Positions 30,033 through 39,433 of a DNA stretch of 64,000 nucleotides are shown one piece after another. Numbering within the stretch: position 1 is the stretch's first letter; every line of letters begins with the position of its first letter. The notes under the pieces were generated by a model. That model did no database searches. It had not been told where the DNA came from and worked only from the letters and a program-made list of their open reading frames with translations. A program made the position numbers and the translations under genes. This stretch comes from Verrucomicrobiota bacterium (lineage in GTDB: Bacteria > Verrucomicrobiota > Verrucomicrobiia > JABWAM01). The stretch is from the NCBI GenBank assembly GCA_023269615.1, contig JAHFSY010000011.1:26116-90115 (forward strand), read 5' to 3'.

Positions 30033-31262
30033 TTATTGGACCAATTCGTGGAGTTTGAAGATCGGCATGAACATGGCCAGCACAATGCCACCGATCACGA
30101 TTCCCAAGCCGGCAATCAGCAAAGGCTCGATCAAGGCGGTCAAGCCGGACAGGGTCGTCTCAATTTCCGTGTCATAGAAATCCGCGATCTTCTCAAGCAT
30201 CACATCCACCTTGCCCGTCGATTCGCCGGCGGCGATCATACGGATGATCATGGGCGGGAAAATGGGATGCTTGGCCAGCGAGGGGCCGATCGTCTCACCC
30301 TTTTCAATGGCCGCCGCCGCATCCAGCGTGGCCACTTCCACCAGCCAGTTGCCACTCGACTGCGCCACGATGTTCAGGGTTTCGATGATGGGCACGCCGC
30401 TGCGGATGAGCTGGGCAAACGTCCGCGCAAAACGGGATATGGAAACCTTCTGCAACAACGGGCCGAAGACGGGAATCTTGAGCTTGATGCCATCCCACTT
30501 CTTGCGCCCGTCCTCGGTCTTGATCCACTTCAGGAAGGCAAAGATCACGCCGATGATGGCCAGACCGACCACGATGCCCTTGGCCGAACGCAGCAGGTCG
30601 CTGACAGCAATCAGCGCCGCGGTGGGCGCCGGCAGCTTGGCGTGGAAATCCGCATAGATGCCCGCGAACACGGGAATCACCTTGATCAGCAGGAAGACCA
30701 CGATGATGAACGCCATGCTCATGACGATCACGGGATAGGACATCGCCGACTTGACCTTTTTCTTCAGGCGGGAAGACGCTTCCATGTAGGAGGCCAGACG
30801 GTCGAGAATCTCTGCAAGCGCACCACCCGATTCACCCGCGCGCACCATGTTCACGTAAAGCCGGTCAAACACCGTCGGATACTTCATCAGCGTGGTCGAA
30901 AGCTGCTCTCCCGTCTCGATGATGGATGTCAGCTGCGTGAGGACCGCCTTGAAACTCTTGTTGGTTGTCTGCTCCGTCAAGGCCGAAAGGCTTTGCACCA
31001 GGGGAAGGCCTGCGTCAATCATCGTGGCCAGCTGGCGCGTGAACATCACCATTTCCGTCTCGGGAATTGCGCCGATCTTCTGGCCTCCGATCGACCCCGC
31101 ACCCTTGCTCTTGCGCTTGACGGCGACGCTTTCGCTGATGGAGACCACCACCATGCCCTTCTGGGAAAGAGCGGACGCGGCGGACGTCTGGTCCGTCGCC
31201 TCGAGCGTTCCCTTTTTGGTCGCTCCTTTTTCGTCCCTGGCTTGATACGCGAAGACTGGCAT
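30033..31262 (-). CDS. pilC: Type II secretion F / type IV pilus PilC platform protein
   Basis: MPVFAYQA, FTRQLATMIDAGLP, AGESGG.L, AMSYP, GESTG, LIEP, MFMPIF. Confidence 0.9.
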   Translation of the reverse strand: MPVFAYQARDEKGATKKGTLEATDQTSAASALSQKGMVVVSISESVAVKRKSKGAGSIGGQKIGAIPETEMVMFTRQLATMIDAGLPLVQSLSALTEQTTNKSFKAVLTQLTSIIETGEQLSTTLMKYPTVFDRLYVNMVRAGESGGALAEILDRLASYMEASSRLKKKVKSAMSYPVIVMSMAFIIVVFLLIKVIPVFAGIYADFHAKLPAPTAALIAVSDLLRSAKGIVVGLAIIGVIFAFLKWIKTEDGRKKWDGIKLKIPVFGPLLQKVSISRFARTFAQLIRSGVPIIETLNIVAQSSGNWLVEVATLDAAAAIEKGETIGPSLAKHPIFPPMIIRMIAAGESTGKVDVMLEKIADFYDTEIETTLSGLTALIEPLLIAGLGIVIGGIVLAMFMPIFKLHELVQ

Positions 31263-31338
31263 CGTCACTTTCACATACACCTGAAAGCGCCAAAGCGCCA
31301 GCAGAATTTCATCAAGAACTGAATCGAATGCCCTGTCT

Positions 31339-34300
31339 TCAAGCGTTTGATCCCAACAGCTTCCGCGCCTGTTCGGCCTCACGCAGGAGACCACAATCGG
31401 AGGCAGCAGCCAGGGCACGTTTCAGTGGCTCCACAGATCCTTCACGATCCCCCCGCCCCAATCGAGCCGCCCCCTGCGCCAGCACGGAGCGGGCCAGGTC
31501 AAATCTGGCCCCGATCCCCTCCAGCAACGACACGCTTCGGGCAAGGCGCGCCTCGGCTTCATCATGCCTCGGCGGAAGACTCGCAGTGAGGGCCCTCCCG
31601 ATCGCCCGCTCCGCCAACCCCTCGGCAATGGCGCTACCCGCCGCTTTCGCCAGCACCAGAGCCTCCTCCCCACGCTTCAACGCGGCGGTTGCATCGCCGG
31701 ACGCAAGCAACGTCTCGCTCTCGATTGCCGCAAGCCATTCACCGAGAAGAAGACGGCCGCCCAGGGGCTTTGCCGCCTCATGCGCCGCGTTCCAGTGCTT
31801 GAGGGCGCTCGCGTGGTCGTCCAGGCCGGTCAACCCCCACGCAATGAACGAATTGCTGGAATATCGAAACATGGCATCCCCGCTTTGTTCCGCCACCGCA
31901 AGCGCCTCCCGCGCCGAGTCAATCGCCTCCGCATGCTTTCCCGCCACCAATTGAACCAGTGCCGTGGCGGTGTGCGCCATGGTCTCGGCATTCTGGTTGC
32001 GGCTGGCCTTCGCCGTTTTCAGCACATTCCCCATGATCGCAGTGCCCGCGGCACAATCGCCCAGGCAGATGCGCGCCGCTCCGCGATAGAGGTGGGCAAA
32101 GAGCAATTCATGCCAGTTTTTTGCCGCCTCGAGAAGCGGTGCTGCATGGTCCAGCAGTTGAATGGACCGGGCGAACTGCCCCTGCAGAAAAAGGGCCCGG
32201 CCGATCACCGCGCCCGGGAGCGCCATCAGTTCCGCATCGCCCAGCTGGGGAGCCACCGCCAGCACTTTTTGAAAATAGCCGATCGCCTCCCGCGTGCGCC
32301 CCGCAAGATAATGGGTGCGGCCGATCCAGAGATGGACCCGGGCCAGCCGCGCGGGGTCGCCAAGCGATTGCGCCACCGTCTCCGCCTCCATCAGGATCGC
32401 CATGTTCTTTTCCGGTGACTCCGCCTGGAGCGACACATTCACCAGCCGCACGCTCGAATCCACGCGCTTCTGGCGATGCACCTGCGCGTCCGGCAACTGC
32501 TTCAGCGTTTCGAGCGTCCGCTGGTAATGCCCCCTCGCCTCCGCATAGGCATAGAGCTGCACCGCCGCATCCGCCGCCCTCATGGAATATTCCAGCGCCT
32601 TCGCCCAGGTTTCCCCTCGAAAATAATGGTATGCCAGCAGGCCCGTGAATTCCTCGATCCGCTCCTCAAACACAGCCTCCATCGCCTCGCCCACTTTCTG
32701 GTGCAGCACCTTCCTCGCAGGACCAAGCAGGGTCTGGTACGCCACCTCCTGCGTCAGCGCGTGATGAAAAATATACTCGATCTCCGGATGCCGCGCCCGC
32801 TCGCGCACCAGGTCCGCTTCCTCCAGCAATGAAATCTGGTCGTCCAACCCCTTCTCGTCGCGCGCCATGTGGTCCAGCACGCGATAAAGAAAGACCCGCC
32901 CGATCACCGCCGCCTTCTGGATCACCCGCCGTGTCTCATCGGGCAGACGGTCGAGGCGCGACAACAACACCGCCTGCAGCGTATCCGGAACCTGGATCGT
33001 CTCCACCAACTCCGTGACCTTCCATTCCGCACTCTCGCGCACCAGCGCGCCGCGCTCGATGAGCGAACGCAGCACCTCCTCGACAAAAAAAGGATTGCCC
33101 TCGGCCTTTCCAATGATCGTCGCCGTCAATTTCTCCGGCAGCGAACTTCCCTCCAGCAGCCCGCCCACGAGTTCACGGTTCGATTTCTCCGACAGGGGCT
33201 TCAACTGCAGCTCCACACACGGATCGCCAAGGGCCGCAAGGACCGGTTCCAGCCTCTCCCAATTCCCGGCCGCATCCTGCTTCGGACGTCCCATCACCAC
33301 GATCGCCACCGGCGCCCGGGCCGTCACCGAGAAAAGATGGGCGATCAAATCCATCGAGGTGACGTCCGCCCAATGCAGGTCCTCGAACACCATCACCACC
33401 GGTTTCTGGCGTGCCAGCAAAAGCAGAAATTCCTCCATCACCGCAAAGAGCCGTGTCCGAAACCCCTCCCCGGTCATCGCGCCCACCGCGGCCGCCTCGC
33501 CGGCCTCCAGTTTCAATGACAACAAGTGGGCCAGCACCGCATACGCATCCTTTTCATCCGTGAAAATCTCCTTCAGCTTGCTGCGCAAACTCGCGCGCGC
33601 CTCCGCCTCGCCATCCTCATCCGCAATCCCCGCATATCGCCGCAGCAAATCCAAAAAGGGCGCGTAACTCAACGAACGGCTGAACGCAAAGCAGCGCCCC
33701 TCGAGCCATGTCATCTCCTTCCCCTCGCGACCGCGAATCTCCGCAAGCAGGCGGCTCTTCCCGATCCCCGCCTCGCCCATGATCCTCACGATCCGCCCCT
33801 TCCCGCGCTGCAAATCCTCGAGGCATTTCGCCAGCACCCCGCGCTCATGGTCGCGGCCCACCAGCGGTGACGAAAGCCCTTCAAGCCCTCGCGCCTTCTC
33901 GGGCTGGAGCTTCGCATGAAGCAGCTCGTACACGTGCAGCGGGTCCTTCTTCCCCTTCACCTTCACCGGGTCCATCTCCTGGAAACCAAACGCGCCGCGT
34001 GTCAGGCGGTACGTGTTCCGGCTCACAAAAATCTGACCGCGCTTCGCCGCGTCCTGCAGCCGCGCCGCCACGTTCACCGTGTCCCCCATCACGGTGTAAC
34101 TCATCCGCAAGTCGTTCCCCATGTTTCCAGCGATCACGATCCCGGTGTTCACGCCAATGTGAACATCCAGCGGCTGCCCCAGCTTTTCAATCCACCGACG
34201 ATTGAACCCCTGCAGCTTCTCGCGCATTAACAGAGCCGACCGCAGCGCATTCTCCGCGTCATCCTCAAGCGCCACCGGCGCACCGAACACCGCCATCACG

Positions 34301-34728
34301 CAGTCGCCTACAAACTTGTCAACCATCCCCTCGTACTGATACACCGCATGGACAAGCTCCTTGAGGCAGTCATTGACGAGCGAAGCCACGTCCTCCGCGT
34401 CAAGCCGTTCCGAGAGGGCGGTGAAGCCGGAGATGTCCGCGAAAAGAACCGTCACCTGGCGCCGTTCCCCCTCGATGTGGCCGGAAGCCCGCATCTTGTC
34501 CGCGAGCTGCTTGGGCACATAACTCTGCATCTGCGCCAGCAGCGCGTCGGGCGAGGAGCCCGCCTTGGGAAGTTTCGCCGCCTTCAGCTCCGCACGCATC
34601 GCCTCGATCTGCGCCCGCAGCGCGGTGATCGTCATGTCCACCACGGCATTCCCCAGCGCCGGTCTCAACGCCTCCTGCGCTGCAATGGCAGATTCAATCT
34701 GCGCAACCTTTTCTTCAACCGAAGCCAT
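31339..34728 (-). CDS. Class III adenylate/guanylate cyclase - STAND/AAA ATPase - TPR protein
   Basis: VLFADISGFT, DKFVGD, YTVMGDTVNVAARL; Walker A GEAGIGKS, Walker B FEDLHW, GNPFF; long TPR tail. Confidence 0.92.
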   Translation of the reverse strand: MASVEEKVAQIESAIAAQEALRPALGNAVVDMTITALRAQIEAMRAELKAAKLPKAGSSPDALLAQMQSYVPKQLADKMRASGHIEGERRQVTVLFADISGFTALSERLDAEDVASLVNDCLKELVHAVYQYEGMVDKFVGDCVMAVFGAPVALEDDAENALRSALLMREKLQGFNRRWIEKLGQPLDVHIGVNTGIVIAGNMGNDLRMSYTVMGDTVNVAARLQDAAKRGQIFVSRNTYRLTRGAFGFQEMDPVKVKGKKDPLHVYELLHAKLQPEKARGLEGLSSPLVGRDHERGVLAKCLEDLQRGKGRIVRIMGEAGIGKSRLLAEIRGREGKEMTWLEGRCFAFSRSLSYAPFLDLLRRYAGIADEDGEAEARASLRSKLKEIFTDEKDAYAVLAHLLSLKLEAGEAAAVGAMTGEGFRTRLFAVMEEFLLLLARQKPVVMVFEDLHWADVTSMDLIAHLFSVTARAPVAIVVMGRPKQDAAGNWERLEPVLAALGDPCVELQLKPLSEKSNRELVGGLLEGSSLPEKLTATIIGKAEGNPFFVEEVLRSLIERGALVRESAEWKVTELVETIQVPDTLQAVLLSRLDRLPDETRRVIQKAAVIGRVFLYRVLDHMARDEKGLDDQISLLEEADLVRERARHPEIEYIFHHALTQEVAYQTLLGPARKVLHQKVGEAMEAVFEERIEEFTGLLAYHYFRGETWAKALEYSMRAADAAVQLYAYAEARGHYQRTLETLKQLPDAQVHRQKRVDSSVRLVNVSLQAESPEKNMAILMEAETVAQSLGDPARLARVHLWIGRTHYLAGRTREAIGYFQKVLAVAPQLGDAELMALPGAVIGRALFLQGQFARSIQLLDHAAPLLEAAKNWHELLFAHLYRGAARICLGDCAAGTAIMGNVLKTAKASRNQNAETMAHTATALVQLVAGKHAEAIDSAREALAVAEQSGDAMFRYSSNSFIAWGLTGLDDHASALKHWNAAHEAAKPLGGRLLLGEWLAAIESETLLASGDATAALKRGEEALVLAKAAGSAIAEGLAERAIGRALTASLPPRHDEAEARLARSVSLLEGIGARFDLARSVLAQGAARLGRGDREGSVEPLKRALAAASDCGLLREAEQARKLLGSNA

Positions 34729-34956
34729 GAACGCTCATCCTCCATAAACCGCCCGCCGCGAGTAAAGGAGAATCCGAAATGCACCGAACCCGTCATTGAC
34801 CATTCATGTTGCAGGAGCCGCTGCCTCTCGCGACCAATCTGTTCCGACGTGAGGCAATTCGGGCGGAGTCGAATCACAAAAATTGGAGTGGAGGAAGCTG
34901 TGGCGTTGCGTTATTTTCAAATCGCACGGTTTTCATCATTTATACCCTTCCAGCCT

Positions 34957-35499
34957 GTGATCCTGCAACTCCTCGAACGCATGACCCGGGAAGCCGTCTC
35001 CCGCGGGCTGGACTTCCTCCTGATCGGCGGCCACGCCGTCAATGCCTACGGTTACGCCCGCACGACTTTCGATGTGGACCTGCTCATCACTGACAAGCAG
35101 CGTTCCTCATGGAAGACCTTGTTCATGGAGCAGGGCTACACCGTGCGGCATGAGGCAGATGCTTTCATCCAATTCAACGCTCCCTCCCCGTCGGAGTTTG
35201 ACTTCGACCTGATGGTTGTGGATGAAACCACGTACACCAAACTGCGCGGGAGCAGTGTGCGAAAAACCCTCGGTTCCATGGAATTTTCCGTTCCCGCTCC
35301 ACTTCACCTGGTTGCCCTGAAACTCCATGCCCTGCGCGAGGAACAGCGCGTCAGACGGGGAAAAGATTATCAGGACGTTCTTGAAATCATCCGCCTGACG
35401 GGTATCAATACCAAGGGTCAGGAATTCCAACAGATCCTCGATCGTTATGCCACCGAATCCATCCGCAACCGACTCATTCACGACCTCGAAGAAGGTTGA
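34957..35499 (+). CDS. Pol-beta-superfamily nucleotidyltransferase (AbiEii/MenT-like)
   Basis: IGGHAV..YG..R.T.DVD, LKL.A, KDYQD. Likely start GTG 34957. Confidence 0.75.
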   Translation: MILQLLERMTREAVSRGLDFLLIGGHAVNAYGYARTTFDVDLLITDKQRSSWKTLFMEQGYTVRHEADAFIQFNAPSPSEFDFDLMVVDETTYTKLRGSSVRKTLGSMEFSVPAPLHLVALKLHALREEQRVRRGKDYQDVLEIIRLTGINTKGQEFQQILDRYATESIRNRLIHDLEEG

Positions 35500-35692
35500 A
35501 AGTGACTGGCTTGATTTGAACCTGCCCGAGGTGAAGCCCGGGGAGGAGCCTCTCCCGCATCGTGAGCCCTCTTTCGAAGCCATCATGTCCCACGCCCACA
35601 TGCTCCTCCCTTGGTGGCGCCAGACACCCCCCATTCCCAAAAATTCGGAGCCCTTTCGAATGGAGGCTGACTTCCCAAAGTCAAGCGGATGA
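35447..35692 (+). CDS. Small protein overlapping the nucleotidyltransferase (putative partner/antitoxin)
   Basis: 81-aa ORF starting inside the NTase 3' end; LDLNLP...W...EPFRM. Confidence 0.5.
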   Translation: MPPNPSATDSFTTSKKVESDWLDLNLPEVKPGEEPLPHREPSFEAIMSHAHMLLPWWRQTPPIPKNSEPFRMEADFPKSSG

Positions 35693-35731
35693 CACCATCG
35701 CGCCGCCCAGCCACAAAAGCAGCGCCTGAAA

Positions 35732-36415
35732 TTATAACTTTGAGAACGGAATATCGAGGTTTTGATATTCCCCGGCGTCCTTCCACGTGTAATGCCACCA
35801 TTCCAGCTCACAGCGGAAAAATCCCTCGGACTCCATTTCGTCCCGCAGCAAATCACGGAGGCGACGCGACTCTTTCGTTCCACCTCCATACCCGATCGCC
35901 GAACGCTCCGACCATTCATCGTACGCGCCCGGCATGGCCGCCGGCTTCCCCGTCTTCGCATCGCAAAGCGTCAGGTCCACCGCACATCCGCGGCTGTGCC
36001 CCGAGCCGCGACCAGGATCCGCCACGAACTGTTTGTGGCGCATGGGAGTCTCATCCCAGAAAATCTTCACCACGGACCACGGGCGATACGCATCGTAAAT
36101 CACAAGCCCAAATCCCTTTTCGCGAAGCGCCTTGTGCACACGCCTCAGCGCCTCGGCCGCGGGACGCTGCAAGAATGCGCGCGGCTCCCTGTAAACGGCG
36201 CGGCCGATGAAGTTGTTCGTCGTCGCATAACGAATGTCGAGACGCAGCAACGGATCAATCTTCACCAACTCAACCAGGTCGGGTTCGCCAAAATCGCCCC
36301 TCTCTTCAGGCGGCCCCTCCGCAAGACATACCCAGGGGGAAAGGAAAGCCAAGGCAATGAGGCCCATCCGAAAACCAGGATTGGTTGCGCCTTTATCCTC
36401 GAATGCCGACTTCAT
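35732..36415 (-). CDS. ddpX: D-Ala-D-Ala dipeptidase (M15D, VanX/DdpX)
   Basis: DIRYAT.NNF, YDAYRP, SGHSRG.AVD, EWWHY; probable signal peptide. Confidence 0.88.
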   Translation of the reverse strand: MKSAFEDKGATNPGFRMGLIALAFLSPWVCLAEGPPEERGDFGEPDLVELVKIDPLLRLDIRYATTNNFIGRAVYREPRAFLQRPAAEALRRVHKALREKGFGLVIYDAYRPWSVVKIFWDETPMRHKQFVADPGRGSGHSRGCAVDLTLCDAKTGKPAAMPGAYDEWSERSAIGYGGGTKESRRLRDLLRDEMESEGFFRCELEWWHYTWKDAGEYQNLDIPFSKL

Positions 36416-37190
36416 GAATGGAAACGGAAACCCGGCTCCGCAAAACCTTCGCGTTACTTTGCTGTGAGGAATCCTTCGTTTTTCCAAAACGCGTCAACAC
36501 CAACGCGATGCAGCCCTGCCGCCCCGCCGCCTCCAGCGTGAGCAGCGTGTGGTTCAAGACGCCCAGACGGTCGCGCGCCACGATCACCATCGGGCCGCCC
36601 AGTGCCTTTGCCAGATCGCGCATCGTGTGTTTGCGCGCAATTGGGCAAAGCAACCCGCCCGCGCCCTCCACCAGCACGATGCGGATGTTTCGTTTGCGAA
36701 TTTCGAACAATGCACCGCGTATTTTCCGCAGCAACGTCGACCAGGATGGACACTTCTGCGCAACCGGCGCCACCGGATGACGGAGGTGGATCGGGTTCAC
36801 CATGTCCAGAGTTAATCCGCCCCCGGAAAGTTTCCAGAGACGTTGCGCATCCTCCCGGTCGCCGCAGCAGATGGGCTTGAAGCCGGCGGCGGAAATTCCA
36901 CGACGGCGAAATTCTACAAGCAGGGCGCACGTCAGCCAGGTTTTTCCAACCCCGGTATCAGTGCCCGTGATGAAAAAGAGTCCCCCACCCCGTCGGCTTC
37001 GGCGCATGAGAAGCTCGACCAGCTTTCCAATCCCATCCTTGCTCTCTCTCCGTGATCTCCGTGCCTCCGTGGTTTTATTTCCGCCGCTTCCTCTGGGCTG
37101 GGAACGAAGATTAAACCACGGAGGCACGGAGGGCACGGAGTTCGGAGAGATGGCGCCGGGCCTGCGACGGGATTTTGTCGGCGTTTTCAT
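36393..37190 (-). CDS. bioD: Dethiobiotin synthetase
   Basis: FITGTDTGVGKT, FKP, VEGAGG, LG.LNH. Start either 37190 (ATGA-coupled to bioA) or 37007. Confidence 0.88.
   Translation of the reverse strand: MKTPTKSRRRPGAISPNSVPSVPPWFNLRSQPRGSGGNKTTEARRSRRESKDGIGKLVELLMRRSRRGGGLFFITGTDTGVGKTWLTCALLVEFRRRGISAAGFKPICCGDREDAQRLWKLSGGGLTLDMVNPIHLRHPVAPVAQKCPSWSTLLRKIRGALFEIRKRNIRIVLVEGAGGLLCPIARKHTMRDLAKALGGPMVIVARDRLGVLNHTLLTLEAAGRQGCIALVLTRFGKTKDSSQQSNAKVLRSRVSVSIHEVGIRG
37048..37140. repeat. Inverted pair of CACGGAG triplet repeats at the bioA-bioD junction
   Basis: CTCCGTGATCTCCGTGCCTCCGTGGTTT ... AAACCACGGAGGCACGGAGGGCACGGAG; a half copy lies at about 41577-41595. Confidence 0.85.
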
Positions 37191-38545
37191 CGGCAGATTT
37201 TTTGAATGCTGCGTTGCAGCACGTTGACGATTTTCTCCAACTGCCCCGTCGTGATGCAATACGGGGGCATGATCACGAGGACGTTTCCAATCGGCCTCGT
37301 GAGCACTCCCAGTTTCTTTGCCTCCTCGCACACGCGCACGCCTACGCGATCTTTCCATCGATACGGCTCGCGCGTTTTCCAGTTTTTCACCAGCTCGATT
37401 CCCGCAATCAACCCCACCTGTCGCACATCGCCCACGTGCGGCAGCTTCCAGAATTCCTGCAGCATCACGCCCAGCTCCAGGCTGCGCGCGAGCACCGTCT
37501 GCAGCGTGCGTTCCTTCTCGAAAATTTCCAAATTGGCCAGCGCCGCCGCGCAGCCGAGCTGGTTTCCCGTGTAGCTGTGGCCGTGGAAAAATGTTTTCAA
37601 CTCGGCGTACTCGCCAAGAAACGAGTCAAAAATCTTCCGGCTCGTCAGCGTGGCCGCCAGCGGCAGATAACCTCCGGTCAATCCCTTCGCCAGGCATAGA
37701 AAATCCGGGGAAACTTTTTCCTGCTCGCATGCAAACATCGTCCCCGTGCGTCCGAATCCCGTCATCACCTCATCGGCAATCAACGGCACACCCTGCCCGC
37801 GGCACAACGCGGCGAATTGTTTCAGATATCCGTGCGGATGGGCGATCATGCCCGCCGCCCCCTGGATCAAGGGCTCGATCACCGCCCCGGCGCATCCTTT
37901 CGTCAGGGCTTTTTCTGCGAGCGAAACACACTCCCAGTTGCAGCGGCGATACGTCCGCGCGTCGGCGCGCTCCGGCTTCGCGCGATTGTACGGGCAGCGG
38001 TAGCAATAGGGCGCCATCACCTTGCGGGTGCGAAACATCAACGGCTGATACGCCTTGTGAAATACACCCATCCCGCCAAGGCTCATCGCGCCCACGGTGT
38101 CGCCGTGATACCCATGTTCGAGGGTGACAAATGATTTTTTGGACTTCGAACTTTGAAACGCCATCTTGAGCGCCACTTCAAGCGCAGTGGAGCCGTCGTC
38201 GGAATAAAAAACCTTCTTCAGCGATTTGGGAGCCACGCGCACGAGTTTTTCCGCAAGCAACGAGGCCGGTTCATTGGCCAGCCCAAGATAACTGGAATGC
38301 GCAATCCGCTGGAGTTGCCGCTGGATCGCACGCGTGAGTCGCGGATGACGATGTCCATGCAGGTTGGTCCAGATGGAAGAGTTGGCGTCGAGATAACTCC
38401 GACCCCGTGCGTCCACGACATTCGCCCCCTTGCCGCTCACGATCACCGTCGGATCGGAACGCACCCACTCGCGCATCTGGGTGAACGGATGCCAGACATG
38501 CTTCCGGTCAAGCGCCGCAAGTTTCAAGTGTGAGGGCGTTTTCAC
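37187..38545 (-). CDS. bioA: Adenosylmethionine-8-amino-7-oxononanoate aminotransferase
   Basis: VWHPFTQM, YHGDT.G, EPLIQGAAGM, DEVMTGFGRTG, AKGLTGGYLPL, FFHGHSYTGN. Confidence 0.93.
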   Translation of the reverse strand: MKTPSHLKLAALDRKHVWHPFTQMREWVRSDPTVIVSGKGANVVDARGRSYLDANSSIWTNLHGHRHPRLTRAIQRQLQRIAHSSYLGLANEPASLLAEKLVRVAPKSLKKVFYSDDGSTALEVALKMAFQSSKSKKSFVTLEHGYHGDTVGAMSLGGMGVFHKAYQPLMFRTRKVMAPYCYRCPYNRAKPERADARTYRRCNWECVSLAEKALTKGCAGAVIEPLIQGAAGMIAHPHGYLKQFAALCRGQGVPLIADEVMTGFGRTGTMFACEQEKVSPDFLCLAKGLTGGYLPLAATLTSRKIFDSFLGEYAELKTFFHGHSYTGNQLGCAAALANLEIFEKERTLQTVLARSLELGVMLQEFWKLPHVGDVRQVGLIAGIELVKNWKTREPYRWKDRVGVRVCEEAKKLGVLTRPIGNVLVIMPPYCITTGQLEKIVNVLQRSIQKICR

Positions 38546-38552
38546 TGGAGTC

Positions 38553-38608
38553 GTAGCTGCGTTCGCAAGAACGCGGCCCGGAGGCCAAACGCTTGCGCGT
38601 TCGGCTAC
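38553..38608. repeat. GTAG REP doublet (GTAGCYGCGTTCGCAAGAACGCGG family)
   Basis: Related copies at 49824-49883 and 61656-61680; supplies the dedA TAG stop. Confidence 0.75.
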
Positions 38609-39249
38609 GCTTTCCTTTCGTGTGCCGTCAGTTTCATCACAACAAAATAAAGGGCGCACAGGATCGCGACAAACCCACCAAGCCACATGGATTTCATTTT
38701 CATGAAGGCATACAGCTTGTCCGGGTCATCCATCAAGTGCGGTTCCGATCCGATCACATACCATCCGAACCATGCCAGCACGCAGCACCAGATGAACGAT
38801 CCCACGATGGTCATCAGGCTGAACGTGTGAAACCGCATGCGGATGATGCCGGCGGGGATTGAAATGAGATGGCGGATCACCGGCAACAGGCGCGCAAAGA
38901 AAATGCCACCTGCCTCGTATCGGAGGAGCCAGCGCTCCGATCGCAGAAGTTTCTCCTCGCTGACCATGAAATACCGCCCGTATTTCACGAGCAACGGCCG
39001 CCCCATCCACAAAGCCACCCAGTACGTGATGGACGCCCCGATCCAGGAACCCAGCGTCCCCGCAAGAATCACCCCCCAGATGTTCAGCTTTCCCTGAGAA
39101 GCCAGAAAAGCCGCCGGCGGAATCACCACCTCGCTCGGCACGGGAAAAATGGAGCTCTCCATCGCCATCAGGACAACGACCCCGAAATACCCCCAATCAT
39201 GGACCCATCCAAACCAAGTCATCAACCACGAGTGGAACAAAGCATGCAT
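38605..39249 (-). CDS. DedA-family membrane protein
   Basis: ESSIFPVPSEVV, GS.IGA...YW, GR, FARLLPVIRHLISIPAG. Confidence 0.92.
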   Translation of the reverse strand: MHALFHSWLMTWFGWVHDWGYFGVVVLMAMESSIFPVPSEVVIPPAAFLASQGKLNIWGVILAGTLGSWIGASITYWVALWMGRPLLVKYGRYFMVSEEKLLRSERWLLRYEAGGIFFARLLPVIRHLISIPAGIIRMRFHTFSLMTIVGSFIWCCVLAWFGWYVIGSEPHLMDDPDKLYAFMKMKSMWLGGFVAILCALYFVVMKLTAHERKA

Positions 39250-39313
39250 CCCGAGTGAGGTAGCAGGAAAAATCCGAAAGTCCAATTTCCCTTTTTGTCC
39301 TCTCCCGCTCGAG

Positions 39314-39412
39314 GCAGGGCGTGCTCGCCGAGCGCGCCGTGGTTCTCCATCAAAATCTCACATTTACTTTCCACGACCCACCGCATCGGCGCGCTCGGCG
39401 AGCACGCCCTAC
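39314..39412. repeat. REPIN-like doublet G(T/C)AGGGCGTGCTCGCCGAGCGCGCC
   Basis: Inverted arms; second copy at 51467-51564 with a homologous spacer. Confidence 0.88.
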
Positions 39413-39433
39413 CTCGGAATTCTGAATGCTGTC

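Noticed and set aside
34348-34956. N-terminal half of the 383-aa ORF upstream of the nucleotidyltransferase domain
   Set aside because: It overlaps the cyclase gene on the opposite strand; an in-frame GTG at 34957 gives a normal-sized NTase.
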